From contig PBTQ01000074.1 of assembly GCA_002729125.1 (NCBI GenBank), positions 52,507 through 116,506 on the forward strand: 64,000 nt of DNA. The letters are read 5' to 3'. Of the stretch, positions 21,183 through 30,166 are shown piece after piece. How positions within the stretch are numbered: the stretch's first letter is position 1; the number at the start of each line of letters is the position of its first letter. Origin of the DNA: Acidimicrobiaceae bacterium (GTDB taxonomy: Bacteria; Actinomycetota; Acidimicrobiia; Acidimicrobiales; Aldehydirespiratoraceae). The notes under the pieces were generated by a model. It was not told the origin of the DNA, did no database searches, and saw nothing but the letters and a program-made list of their open reading frames with translations. The position numbers and the translations under genes were made by a program.

Positions 21183-21776
21183 GTGATTCGCGACTTGCCG
21201 CGCGTCCTTGATCTGTCTTTCGGGCGTGGTCTCGCTGACGCTTCGATCGAGCAGTTTCGGGCGATGCGTGCGGAGTGCGCCGAGTTCGAGAACGGCGCTT
21301 CCATTGTTCTTCGGCTTGCTCAGGGCCGACTCAACCTGCTTGGCGAGGAAGCAAAGCGACGGGCCGACGGTGCCGGCGGCAACCTTGGAGAACTCGTCAG
21401 CGGGCTCGCCGACCTGATGAGCGAGGCCATGCGCGCTGCCGGCTCGGGCTGCCTTGATCAGGAACTCAATCCACCGGAGGCCGTCGTCGGTCCGTTCACT
21501 GCATTACTTGACGCCGGGGTTGACCCGTCGGTGGTCATGGCGGTTGTCGAGCTGAGCGACGACGAACTCTCGGCGGCGCTGCATGCGCTCCAGGACTTTG
21601 AGAAAGAACTCTCGAGTGCCCGCTGCAGCCTTCATCGTGAAATCGACGTGCTCAAACCGAACTCGCCCGCCGCATCGTCGTGGGCGAATCGCCTGCGTCC
21701 CCGAGCTGAGTTCGTTTCGTGGGAGCCGATCGTGAGGGAATGCGTGAGCGTCGTGGCCAGTTGGAGGAGGCAGTGA
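21183..21776 (+). CDS. Hypothetical helical protein, RsiG-like (possible c-di-GMP-dependent anti-sigma relative)
   Basis: Two segments resemble the RsiG E-x3-S-x2-R-x3-Q-x3-D helix motif: ENGASIVLRLAQGRLN and EKELSSARCSLHREID. The stop overlaps the mshA GTG (GTGA). Confidence 0.45.
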   Translation: MIRDLPRVLDLSFGRGLADASIEQFRAMRAECAEFENGASIVLRLAQGRLNLLGEEAKRRADGAGGNLGELVSGLADLMSEAMRAAGSGCLDQELNPPEAVVGPFTALLDAGVDPSVVMAVVELSDDELSAALHALQDFEKELSSARCSLHREIDVLKPNSPAASSWANRLRPRAEFVSWEPIVRECVSVVASWRRQ

Positions 21777-22984
21777 CCCGTCTCGCAATGCTTTCGTTGC
21801 ACACGTCACCGCTCGTCCAGGCGGGCGGCGGTGACGCCGGTGGCATGAACGTCTATGTGCGCGAGCTTGTGGCCGCGCTCGCCCATGGCGGAGCCGACAC
21901 CACGGTCTATGTCCGTCGGTGGCGAGATGACCTCCCGAAACGTTTGGCGGTCGAGCCGGGCTTCGAGGTCGTGCACATAGACGCCGGCGACCCCAGCCTC
22001 CCGAAGGAGCAGCTGCCGGGCATTGTCGACGAGTTCGCCGACGGCGTGCGCGCCCATCTCGCGATCGATCCGGCCGATGTGCTGCACGCGAACTACTGGT
22101 TGAGCGGGGTGGCTGGTCATCGGCTCAAGCACGAGCTCGATCTGCCGATGGTGTCGACGTTCCACACTCTCGCCCGCGTGAAGGCCGAGACGGGTGACCC
22201 CGAGCCACAGAACCGCATCGATGCCGAGTCCGACGTCATTGCGTGCAGCGACATCATCACAGCGAACTCCGTGGTCGAGTTACACGAACTCGTGCGTCAT
22301 TACGGCGCTGATCCGAGCCGCATCGAGATCGTGCCGCCGGGCGTCGACCACGCCTTTTTCTCGCCTGGTTCCCGTCGCGGTGCCCGTCAGGCCCTCGGCC
22401 TCGGCGATGAGCCCGTGTTGCTTTTCGTCGGTCGCATCCAGCCGTTGAAGGGTGTTGATGTCGCGGTTGAGGCGTTGTCGCAGCTGCGTGACCCCCGGGC
22501 CCGCATGCTGATCGTCGGTGGCTCGAGCGGGACCGAGGGCGATGATCATGCCGCCGAGGTTCACGATCTCATCACCGATCGTGGTCTCGGCGATCGCATC
22601 ACGATCGCGCCGCCTCAGCCCCACCATGTGCTCTCCACCTATTACCGGGCGGCCGACGTCACGATCGTGCCGAGCCGCTCGGAGTCGTTCGGTCTCGTCG
22701 CGCTCGAGTCCGCAGCGTGCGGCACGCCGGTCGTCGCTTCTGACGTCGGCGGCTTGCGCACGCTGGTCGATCACGGCCGCACCGGCCTTCGGGTACCCGG
22801 CCGTGATCCTGACGGCTTCACCGAGGCGGTCGAACGCATCATCGGCGATCCGATCTTCGCAGGGCGACTGTCCGAGCGGGCTGCCGAGGCGGCGACGGCT
22901 TACACGTGGACCTCGATGGCTGCTCGCCTGCGTCGGGTGTACGCCGACCTGAGCGAACGCGTCCCCGTCGATTGCATGGCCTGA
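21773..22984 (+). CDS. mshA: D-inositol-3-phosphate glycosyltransferase (GT4), mycothiol biosynthesis
   Basis: LAMLSLHTSPLVQAGGGDAGGMNVYVRE is the MshA signature N-terminus, with a GT-B C-terminal E-x7-E region. GTG 21773 sits behind GGAGGAGG. Confidence 0.85.
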   Translation: MTRLAMLSLHTSPLVQAGGGDAGGMNVYVRELVAALAHGGADTTVYVRRWRDDLPKRLAVEPGFEVVHIDAGDPSLPKEQLPGIVDEFADGVRAHLAIDPADVLHANYWLSGVAGHRLKHELDLPMVSTFHTLARVKAETGDPEPQNRIDAESDVIACSDIITANSVVELHELVRHYGADPSRIEIVPPGVDHAFFSPGSRRGARQALGLGDEPVLLFVGRIQPLKGVDVAVEALSQLRDPRARMLIVGGSSGTEGDDHAAEVHDLITDRGLGDRITIAPPQPHHVLSTYYRAADVTIVPSRSESFGLVALESAACGTPVVASDVGGLRTLVDHGRTGLRVPGRDPDGFTEAVERIIGDPIFAGRLSERAAEAATAYTWTSMAARLRRVYADLSERVPVDCMA

Positions 22985-23050
22985 CCGCTTGCGGTCGGCT
23001 GGTGACAGCCGGGCGTGTCGAAGGCGATAGCTGGCTGCAAGACTCCGGGG

Positions 23051-23530
23051 ATGGACCTCGCACCGGCCGCAACTCCCGAGCAACTCGACGCGCTCGAGGC
23101 GCAGATCGATGCCTGGCTCACTGCTGAGCAGGCCGACAATCCGATGATCGATGCGGTCGAGAAGGGTGAGCGTGAGGTCGGCCATCAGCAGCGTCTTTGG
23201 TATGTGCGTCTGCTCGGCGAGGAGAAGGACGTTTGGACGGCGTACTGGACGATCAACCAGCGCATGTTCCGGTTCGAAACGTTCGTGATGCCGGCGCCGG
23301 AGGAGAACGAGCAGGTGTTCTATGAGCACTTGCTGCTGCGTAACCGTGAACTCACCGGCATGAATCTTGAGATCGGGGACGAGCATGCGATTTTCCTTGC
23401 CGGTTCGCTGCCGATCGCGGCGGTCAACGACGCGGAACTCGATCGGGTACTCGGCTCGATGTGGGCCTACGTCGAGAAGGTGTTCCGTCCTGCCCTGCGG
23501 ATCGGGTTCGCCAGTCGGTTCAGTCGTTAG
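23051..23530 (+). CDS. YbjN-domain protein
   Basis: Conserved partner immediately downstream of mshA in actinobacteria. WYVRLLGEEKD...FETFVMP pattern. The start could be GTG 23015 or ATG 23051. Confidence 0.65.
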   Translation: MDLAPAATPEQLDALEAQIDAWLTAEQADNPMIDAVEKGEREVGHQQRLWYVRLLGEEKDVWTAYWTINQRMFRFETFVMPAPEENEQVFYEHLLLRNRELTGMNLEIGDEHAIFLAGSLPIAAVNDAELDRVLGSMWAYVEKVFRPALRIGFASRFSR

Positions 23531-23640
23531 TTGCGTTTCATATCCTCTCATGTAGTGTGCTTTCCGCTGGCGCCGGGGTCACCGCTTGGGGAAGTGTGGT
23601 CTTCTCGGCCGCCGGCACCAAGCCCGGTACGGTGCGCCTC

Positions 23641-24435
23641 ATGACGAGTCCGAAGCTCCAGTTCATTGGTGGCGGCAAGATGGCCGAAGCCCTGCTCGGC
23701 GGCATGGTCGCCACGGGTTGGGCGGCCGCAGACGAGATCCATGTGGTCGAACCATCGGCCGAGCGGCGGGCGATCCTCAGCGATACACGTCCCTCGCTGT
23801 CGATTAGCGATGCGCCGGTCGCCGGGGTTGATGCCGTGCTGGCGGTGAAGCCCCAGATTGCGCCCGAGGTGTTCCCCGGTCTGGCCGCTGCGTCCGTGCC
23901 GCGGGTGTTGTCGATTGCTGCCGGCATCACCACGGCGGCGATGGAAGCGGCGCTGCCGAAGGGCACGGTCGTCGTGCGTTCGATGCCGAACACGCCGGCG
24001 CTCGTCGGGCAGGGCATGGCGGCGATCGCCCCCGGTGCCCATGCAGGCGACGACGACCTCGTATGGGCCACCTCGATTCTTGCCGCAGTCGGCAGGGTCG
24101 TCACCGTGGCTGAGTCAGATCTTGATGCGGTCACCGGCGTGTCGGGCTCTGGCCCCGCTTATGTCTTCCATCTGGCCGAGGCGCTGACCGCTGCCGGGAT
24201 CGCTCAGGGTCTCAGCCCCGAGGTCGCCGACACGCTCACCCGCCAGACCCTGCTCGGCGCGGCGACCCTGCTGAGCGACTCTGGCGAGGATCCGGCCCAG
24301 CTGCGCATCAATGTCACCTCGCCCAACGGCACGACGCACGCCGGCCTCGAGGTCATGTACGAGCGTGGTTTCGCCAAGGTGATCGACGCGGTCGTGGCGG
24401 CGGCCACTGCGAGGTCCGCCGAACTCGGGAGCTAG
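23641..24435 (+). CDS. proC: Pyrroline-5-carboxylate reductase
   Basis: FIGGGKMAEAL Rossmann start, MPNTPALVGQG, GSGPAYVF and a TSPNGTT tail motif. Confidence 0.9.
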   Translation: MTSPKLQFIGGGKMAEALLGGMVATGWAAADEIHVVEPSAERRAILSDTRPSLSISDAPVAGVDAVLAVKPQIAPEVFPGLAAASVPRVLSIAAGITTAAMEAALPKGTVVVRSMPNTPALVGQGMAAIAPGAHAGDDDLVWATSILAAVGRVVTVAESDLDAVTGVSGSGPAYVFHLAEALTAAGIAQGLSPEVADTLTRQTLLGAATLLSDSGEDPAQLRINVTSPNGTTHAGLEVMYERGFAKVIDAVVAAATARSAELGS

Positions 24436-24461
24436 GGAACTCGGCGGATAGCGTCAGCGTC

Positions 24462-25388
24462 GTGAACGCCCCCGGTCGTCAGTACGACACGATCTCTTTC
24501 CTCTCCGATTTCGGCCACGCCGACGAGTTCGTCGGTGTGGTCCATTCCGTGATTCGTTCGATCGCGCCGCAGGTCGGTGTCGTCGACGTCACCCACGGCA
24601 TAGCCAAGTTCGATACCCGCGCTGGCGGCCTTGCGCTTGCTCGGGCGGCCAATTACCTCAACCCCGGCATCGTTGTCGCGGTGGTCGACCCCGGCGTGGG
24701 TACCGACCGGCGTCCGGTTGCACTCGAGGTCGGCGACGGCATGTCGGTGCTGATCGGGCCTGACAATGGCCTGCTCGCCCCTGCGGTCGGGTTGGTGGGC
24801 GGCGCCACCCGCGCGGTTCATCTCACCAACGAGGACTACCAACTGCCACGCCCCGGCGGCGCGACCTTCGATGGGCGCGACGTCTTCGCCCCGGCTGCTG
24901 CGCATCTCGCCAACGGCGTGCCCATCACCGAGCTCGGACCGGAGATCGATCCCGCCACGCTGCTGCCGGGCGTGTTGCCGGTCTCGCGTTTCGAGCCGGG
25001 CGAACACGGCCAGGAACTCGTGTGCGAGGTCCTGTGGGTCGATCACTACGGCAACTGCCAACTCAACGTCGATCCGCTCGAGCTGCTGTCGATCACCGAC
25101 TCGCCCAGTGGTGAGGTGATGGTCACGGTCGGCGCAGGCTCGGCAACGCCCGACCAGCGTGTCGGCGTTCGGGTCGACGCCTACGACCAGATCCCGGCGG
25201 GCCGCATCGGTCTCGTCGTGGATTCCAGCGGTTTGCTGTCGATCGCTGTTGCCCGAGGCTCGGCGGCCCACGAACTCGAGCTCGGTGAAGGCATCGAGCT
25301 GCGGATCTGTGATCTTGATCCGTCCGACCGCGGTTCTGGCGTCAGCACGCCGGTGCAGCTCGGCGCCCGTCCCTCTGGAGGATTCTGA
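24462..25388 (+). CDS. S-adenosyl-L-methionine hydroxide adenosyltransferase family (DUF62; chlorinase/fluorinase fold)
   Basis: ISFLSDFGHADEFVGVVHSVI and VVDPGVGTDRRPV motifs. Confidence 0.85.
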   Translation: MNAPGRQYDTISFLSDFGHADEFVGVVHSVIRSIAPQVGVVDVTHGIAKFDTRAGGLALARAANYLNPGIVVAVVDPGVGTDRRPVALEVGDGMSVLIGPDNGLLAPAVGLVGGATRAVHLTNEDYQLPRPGGATFDGRDVFAPAAAHLANGVPITELGPEIDPATLLPGVLPVSRFEPGEHGQELVCEVLWVDHYGNCQLNVDPLELLSITDSPSGEVMVTVGAGSATPDQRVGVRVDAYDQIPAGRIGLVVDSSGLLSIAVARGSAAHELELGEGIELRICDLDPSDRGSGVSTPVQLGARPSGGF

Positions 25389-25477
25389 TGCGCGCAAGTA
25401 CCACGCTTGTGATCGGCATCCTGCTGCTCGTCATCCTTGGCGCAGGGGCGTTGCAGTTCGTCTTGCTGGTCGACTGA
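25388..25477 (+). CDS. Candidate 29-codon single-TM micro-protein (MRASTTLVIGILLLVILGAGALQFVLLVD)
   Basis: Its ATG overlaps the DUF62 stop (TGATG). Third positions are GC-rich, and a 6-bp hairpin (25480-25495) follows. Too short to appear in the ORF track. Confidence 0.35.
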   Translation: MRASTTLVIGILLLVILGAGALQFVLLVD

Positions 25478-25537
25478 GACGGAGGCTGCCCTCCGGTTCG
25501 ATGGGAGCGTTTTCGGGTTTGCCATCCGCACCGAAAA

Positions 25538-27088
25538 TTGCGCGAGTCGTCGGGGGATCGGGCCGAGAAGCTGCCAAGATGGTCCGCTGTGAACCTCGCG
25601 ACCCTCTTCGCTGATCATCCCGCAGAACGCACCGCGATCGTCACCGGCGGCGATCGCATCACCTACGGACAGTTGTCCACCGAGGTCGAGAAGACACGTG
25701 GGGTTCTCGTCTCGCTTGGACTCCAGCCGGGTGACCGGGTCGCGATCTTGTGCGCCACCAACTTTCGTTTCGTGCGCGCCTGGTTCGGCATCCTCGGTGC
25801 AGGCATGGTCGCCGTGCCGCTCAACCCGCAGAGCCCGGCCCCCGAGATCGAGCGTGAGCTCGCTCAGGTCGGGGCTAAGGCCGTCATCGCCGGGCCTGCC
25901 GGTATCGGTGTCCTCGAGCAGGTCGATCGTTCGGTCGTGCCGACCCTCAAGCACGTGTTGCGCCCGTCGGGGGTTGGCCTGCCCGACTCCGTCGACCTTG
26001 ACGTACTGCGAGAGACCGTCGAGCCCGCCCCGATGGTCGAGCGCGCCGACGGCGATCTCGCCTGCCTCATGTTCACCAGTGGTACCGCCGGCGCACCGAA
26101 GGCCGCCATGCTCACCCACGGCAACCTGGCCGCCAACCTCCGTCAGAACATGGCTACCAGCGGCAAGGTCGTCCGCCCCGACGACATCGGTTTGTGTGTC
26201 CTGCCGCTGTTTCACATCATGGGGCTCAACTCGATCCTCAACCTGAGCCTCTATGCCGGGGCCACCCTGGTGCTGCAGGAGCGTTTCGACCCGATGACCG
26301 TCTTCGAGACGATCGCCGACGAGCAGATCTCGGTGCTGGTCGGTCCGCCCACGATGTGGGCTGCGCTGAGTCAGATCGACCTCGTCGCCGACGATGCGCT
26401 GAAGACCATCCGCATCGCTGTGTCGGGCGCCGCCACGCTGCCCAATCGGGTCGTTGAGGAAGTGGCGGGCCGTTTCGGCATGCGGATCCTCGAGGGCTAC
26501 GGCCTGACCGAGGCCGCCCCGGGCGTCACCCGCGCAACCAACGACGACACCCCGATCGGGTCGATCGGCCGTCCCATGGCTGGCATGGAAGTCCGCATCG
26601 TCGATGCCGCAGGTGACGACGTCTACATCGGCGACGAAGGCGAGATCCTCGTTCGCGGTGACAATGTCTTCGTTGGCTACCTTGATGACCCTGAGGCCAC
26701 CGCGCGGGCGATCGATCCGCAGGGTTGGTTGCATACCGGTGACATCGCCGTGGTCGACGATGATGGGTTCGTCTACATCGTCGACCGGGCCAAGGACCTC
26801 ATCATCGTGTCGGGCTTCAACGTCTTCCCGGCGGAGGTCGAACGGGTGCTCAGCGCCCACCCGGGCGTCGTCGAATCGGGTGTCGTCGGCGTGCCTCACC
26901 CGCACACCGGCGAGTCGGTCAAGGCATTCATCGTGGCCGAGCCGGGTCGAGTCCTCGAAGAGGACGACCTGATCGAGTGGTGCGCCACCGAGCTCGCCCG
27001 TTACAAGTGTCCGACCAAGATCGACCTCGTCGACGAGATCCCTCGGGGGCTCGGCGGCAAGATCATCCGGCGAGAACTCGGCGCGTGA
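25538..27088 (+). CDS. AMP-dependent acyl-CoA synthetase/ligase (FadD-like)
   Basis: MFTSGTAGAPKAAM, GYGLTE, TGDIAVVDDDGFVYIVDR and PRGLGGKIIRREL motifs. The start is uncertain (25538 or GTG 25589). Confidence 0.85.
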   Translation: MRESSGDRAEKLPRWSAVNLATLFADHPAERTAIVTGGDRITYGQLSTEVEKTRGVLVSLGLQPGDRVAILCATNFRFVRAWFGILGAGMVAVPLNPQSPAPEIERELAQVGAKAVIAGPAGIGVLEQVDRSVVPTLKHVLRPSGVGLPDSVDLDVLRETVEPAPMVERADGDLACLMFTSGTAGAPKAAMLTHGNLAANLRQNMATSGKVVRPDDIGLCVLPLFHIMGLNSILNLSLYAGATLVLQERFDPMTVFETIADEQISVLVGPPTMWAALSQIDLVADDALKTIRIAVSGAATLPNRVVEEVAGRFGMRILEGYGLTEAAPGVTRATNDDTPIGSIGRPMAGMEVRIVDAAGDDVYIGDEGEILVRGDNVFVGYLDDPEATARAIDPQGWLHTGDIAVVDDDGFVYIVDRAKDLIIVSGFNVFPAEVERVLSAHPGVVESGVVGVPHPHTGESVKAFIVAEPGRVLEEDDLIEWCATELARYKCPTKIDLVDEIPRGLGGKIIRRELGA

Positions 27089-28032
27089 CCGACCGGGGTG
27101 TTCGGGTCGAGCGCGTCGGTGACACCCTGATCATCACGCCAGCCAGTCATCCCATCATCGGCACCGACATTCAGGGTCCATCGGTCATCCGCGCGCCTGC
27201 GTGGCTGGCCGATCCGCTCGGTCGGTACCCCTGCTACTTCGCCGACCACAAGGGCTCCTTCATCCGGCTCGCCTAAGCCAACGCAATTGAGGGGCCGTGG
27301 AATATCCACAAGCCTGGCTCGCTGAAGCTGGCCGACTCCGGCTTCCTCGGTGAGGATCTCGTGATCGATGCCGAGACGCTTGAGCGGATTACAACCCGCT
27401 TTCGAGAAGCGCTCGGTGGTCAGATGCCGGCCTTGCTGCGCGATGACCTCGTCACCGCCCACATCGCCTCGCCCGACGTGCACGTGGACGATGACCGGCA
27501 AGAGATCGTGATGTAGCGGCACGGTCTTGAGGCAATCGGTGATCAGCGAACGCGGGTGGCTGTGTCGACCGACGGGATTCACTTTTGGGCGACTCCCGAG
27601 ACCCACGTCCCATCGTACTTCCGGTGCTTTCGTCACAACGGTTGGTGGTACGCCCTCGCCATGCCGGGCCGGTTCTTCTGGTCCCGTGATGGCCGTACCG
27701 GGTTTGAGGAGCGGCCCACACTGTTTGGGCCCGATATGTGCCACAGCGCAGTGCGGGTCGTCGAAGGAGCTGCCGGCGCCGAACTGGAGGTGTTCTGGAC
27801 TCGGGTCGGCGACGCACCCGAGTGCATCCTGCGCTCGCGCGTGTCGATCGCAGGGCCGTGGGAGCGCTGGCGCGAGATCGACGAGCCGTGTGTGCCGTCG
27901 ATCCGTGGCGCCGTCAACGAGCCGGTCAATCAGCTGCGCGATCCGTGCCTTTTCTGCGACCCCGGCGACGGGACGTGGTGGCTGTTCTCCGCGGTTGCGG
28001 GCGAATCGGGGATCGCTGTTGCTCGCTTGTGA
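27085..28032 (+). pseudogene. Disrupted gene for a beta-propeller (glycosyl-hydrolase-like) protein; two in-frame stops
   Basis: One continuous frame runs from GTG 27085, which overlaps the fadD-like stop. It is interrupted by TAA 27274-27276 and TAG 27514-27516. Coding-like sequence continues on both sides of each stop. Confidence 0.65.
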
Positions 28033-28046
28033 ACTCGTGAAGACTC

Positions 28047-28064
28047 TTGTGAACTAATGCACAA
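28047..28064. promoter_or_regulatory. Rex operator (ROP) candidate TTGTGAACTAATGCACAA
   Basis: Matches TTGTGAA-N4-TTCACAA with one mismatch and lies 19 nt upstream of the rex ATG. CTTGTGAACT also occurs 20 bp earlier (28026-28035). Confidence 0.6.
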
Positions 28065-28082
28065 GGTGTCTAGCGTGGGGCG

Positions 28083-28730
28083 ATGGCGTCCCCTGGTCGG
28101 ATCCCTGAAGCCACCGTGGCTCGACTCCCGCTGTACCTGCGGGGCCTCGACGCGTTCCCCGTCGGGGTGACGGCAACGGTGTCGTCCGACGAACTCGCCG
28201 ATCTCGCTGGCGTCAACGCCGCCAAGGTTCGCAAGGACCTGTCACACCTCGGCACCTACGGCACTCGGGGCGTCGGCTACGACGCCACGTTCCTGCGGTT
28301 CCAGATCAGTCTGGCGCTCGGCGTCGCCAACGTCTGGCCCGTCGTCGTGTGCGGCATGGGCAACCTCGGACGGGCGCTTGCCAACCACACCGGCTTCACG
28401 GACCGCGGCTTCCCCGTGGTGGCGGCCACCGATTCCGACCCAGACAAGATCGGCACGATCGTTGACGGCGTCCCGGTGCACGCGCCTAGTCAACTCGGCG
28501 ACATCGTCCGCCGCTTCGACGTCGCCATCGGCGTGATCTCGACCCCGGCCGGAGCCGCCCAGGGCACCGCTGATGCGTTGGTGGCGGCAGGTGTCACGTC
28601 GATCATGAGCTTCGCTCCAACCGTGCTCTCGGCGCCTGACGAGGTCGAGATCAGATCGGTCGATCTTGCCACCGAACTCCAGATTCTCGGTTTCCATCTG
28701 CACCGCAGTCGGATCGCCGGAGACTCCTGA
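28083..28730 (+). CDS. rex: Redox-sensing transcriptional repressor Rex
   Basis: IPEATVARLPLYLR winged-helix start, GMGNLGRAL Rossmann motif. 215 aa. Confidence 0.9.
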   Translation: MASPGRIPEATVARLPLYLRGLDAFPVGVTATVSSDELADLAGVNAAKVRKDLSHLGTYGTRGVGYDATFLRFQISLALGVANVWPVVVCGMGNLGRALANHTGFTDRGFPVVAATDSDPDKIGTIVDGVPVHAPSQLGDIVRRFDVAIGVISTPAGAAQGTADALVAAGVTSIMSFAPTVLSAPDEVEIRSVDLATELQILGFHLHRSRIAGDS

Positions 28731-28893
28731 CCCGAGCCGCCCGGTTTCTCCGTCCTCGCCGAGGAGAAGCGAGCGAGCATGTCCGTCGTGACACCCGTCG
28801 CCCGATCCGGTTTCTCGGGTGGATGTCCGATAGCGTTCAGATGTTGGCCCTTACGCCCTGGGCCGTCGGCTTTGCCCCTGGAGTTCTTGTCCC

Positions 28894-30156
28894 GTGTCGA
28901 TCGTCGCCATCGGTTGTAACCACAGGTCGTCCCCGCTCTCGATTCTCGAGCGGATGACGATCGCGCCCGACGACATCCCCAAGGCGCTCTCAGACCTCGG
29001 ATCCGCCGATCACCTGAGTGAGGTCGTCGTGTTGTCGACCTGCAACCGGGTCGAGATCTACGCCTACGCCGAGAAGTTCCACGGCGGTTACCAGGACATT
29101 CGCGAGTTCTTCGGCCGGCACGCTGGGCTTGCCCCCGAGGACGTCAACGACCACCTCTACGCACTCCACGACACCGAGGCGATCCGTCATCTGTTCTCGG
29201 TGACCGCCGGTCTCGACTCCGCCGTGATCGGCGAGCACGAGATCCTCGGGCAGGTTCGCACCGCCTGGGAGCGTTCGGCTGAACACGGCACGGTCGGCTC
29301 CACGCTTGGCCCGCTTTTCCGTCACGCCGTCGAGACGGGAAAGCGGGCCCGCACCGATACCGCGATCGGTCGCGGCATCGCGTCGGTCAGCCAGGCTGCC
29401 GTCGCCCTCGCCACCGAGCAACTCGGTGGCCTCGACGGCCGCACCGTGTTGGTGCTCGGTGCCGGCGAGATGGCCGAGGGAACCGTCAAGTCGCTGGCTG
29501 CGGCCGGCACATCCGACATCTTCGTCGCCAACCGCACCTGGGAAAACGCCGTGGCGCTCGCCGAGGCGTGTGGTGGCACCGCCGTGAGTCTCGACGCCGT
29601 GGGCGACGCCCTCGTCGCCGTTGACATGCTCGTCACAACCACGGGTGCTCAGCAGCTCATCCTCGAGAGCGGTGAGATCGCCGCTTTCATCTCGCGCCGC
29701 GATGGCCGGGAACTCGTGATCGTTGATGTTGCTGTCCCGCGCGATGTCGCCCCCGGCGCAGGCGAACTTCCCGGCGTCACGCTCCTCGACATGGACGACA
29801 TCGGTGTGTTCGTAGAGCAGCAAATGGCCTCTCGGACCCGCGTCGTCGGCAACGTCGAGACGATCGTCGGTGAAGAGGTCGATCGCTATCGCACCGTTAC
29901 CTCCGCTCGTGAGGTGGCGCCGCTCATCGCCCAGTTCCGCACCCGGGGCAACGACATCGTCGACGTCGAACTCGCCCGGTTCAGCGGCAAGCTCTCGGAT
30001 CTCGACGCGTCCCAGCGCGAAGCCGTCGAGGCAATGGCTCGGGGCATCGTGAACAAGCTGCTGCATGAGCCCACCATCCGGCTCAAGGATGCCGCCGGTC
30101 ACGCTCGGGGGGATCGCCTCGCCGACTCGCTGCGCGATCTCTTTGGCCTCGACTGA
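28894..30156 (+). CDS. hemA: Glutamyl-tRNA reductase
   Basis: LSTCNRVEIY active-site Cys motif, GAGEMAE NADPH fold and a C-terminal dimerisation helix. Confidence 0.9.
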   Translation: MSIVAIGCNHRSSPLSILERMTIAPDDIPKALSDLGSADHLSEVVVLSTCNRVEIYAYAEKFHGGYQDIREFFGRHAGLAPEDVNDHLYALHDTEAIRHLFSVTAGLDSAVIGEHEILGQVRTAWERSAEHGTVGSTLGPLFRHAVETGKRARTDTAIGRGIASVSQAAVALATEQLGGLDGRTVLVLGAGEMAEGTVKSLAAAGTSDIFVANRTWENAVALAEACGGTAVSLDAVGDALVAVDMLVTTTGAQQLILESGEIAAFISRRDGRELVIVDVAVPRDVAPGAGELPGVTLLDMDDIGVFVEQQMASRTRVVGNVETIVGEEVDRYRTVTSAREVAPLIAQFRTRGNDIVDVELARFSGKLSDLDASQREAVEAMARGIVNKLLHEPTIRLKDAAGHARGDRLADSLRDLFGLD

Positions 30157-30166
30157 GCCGGCGCTC

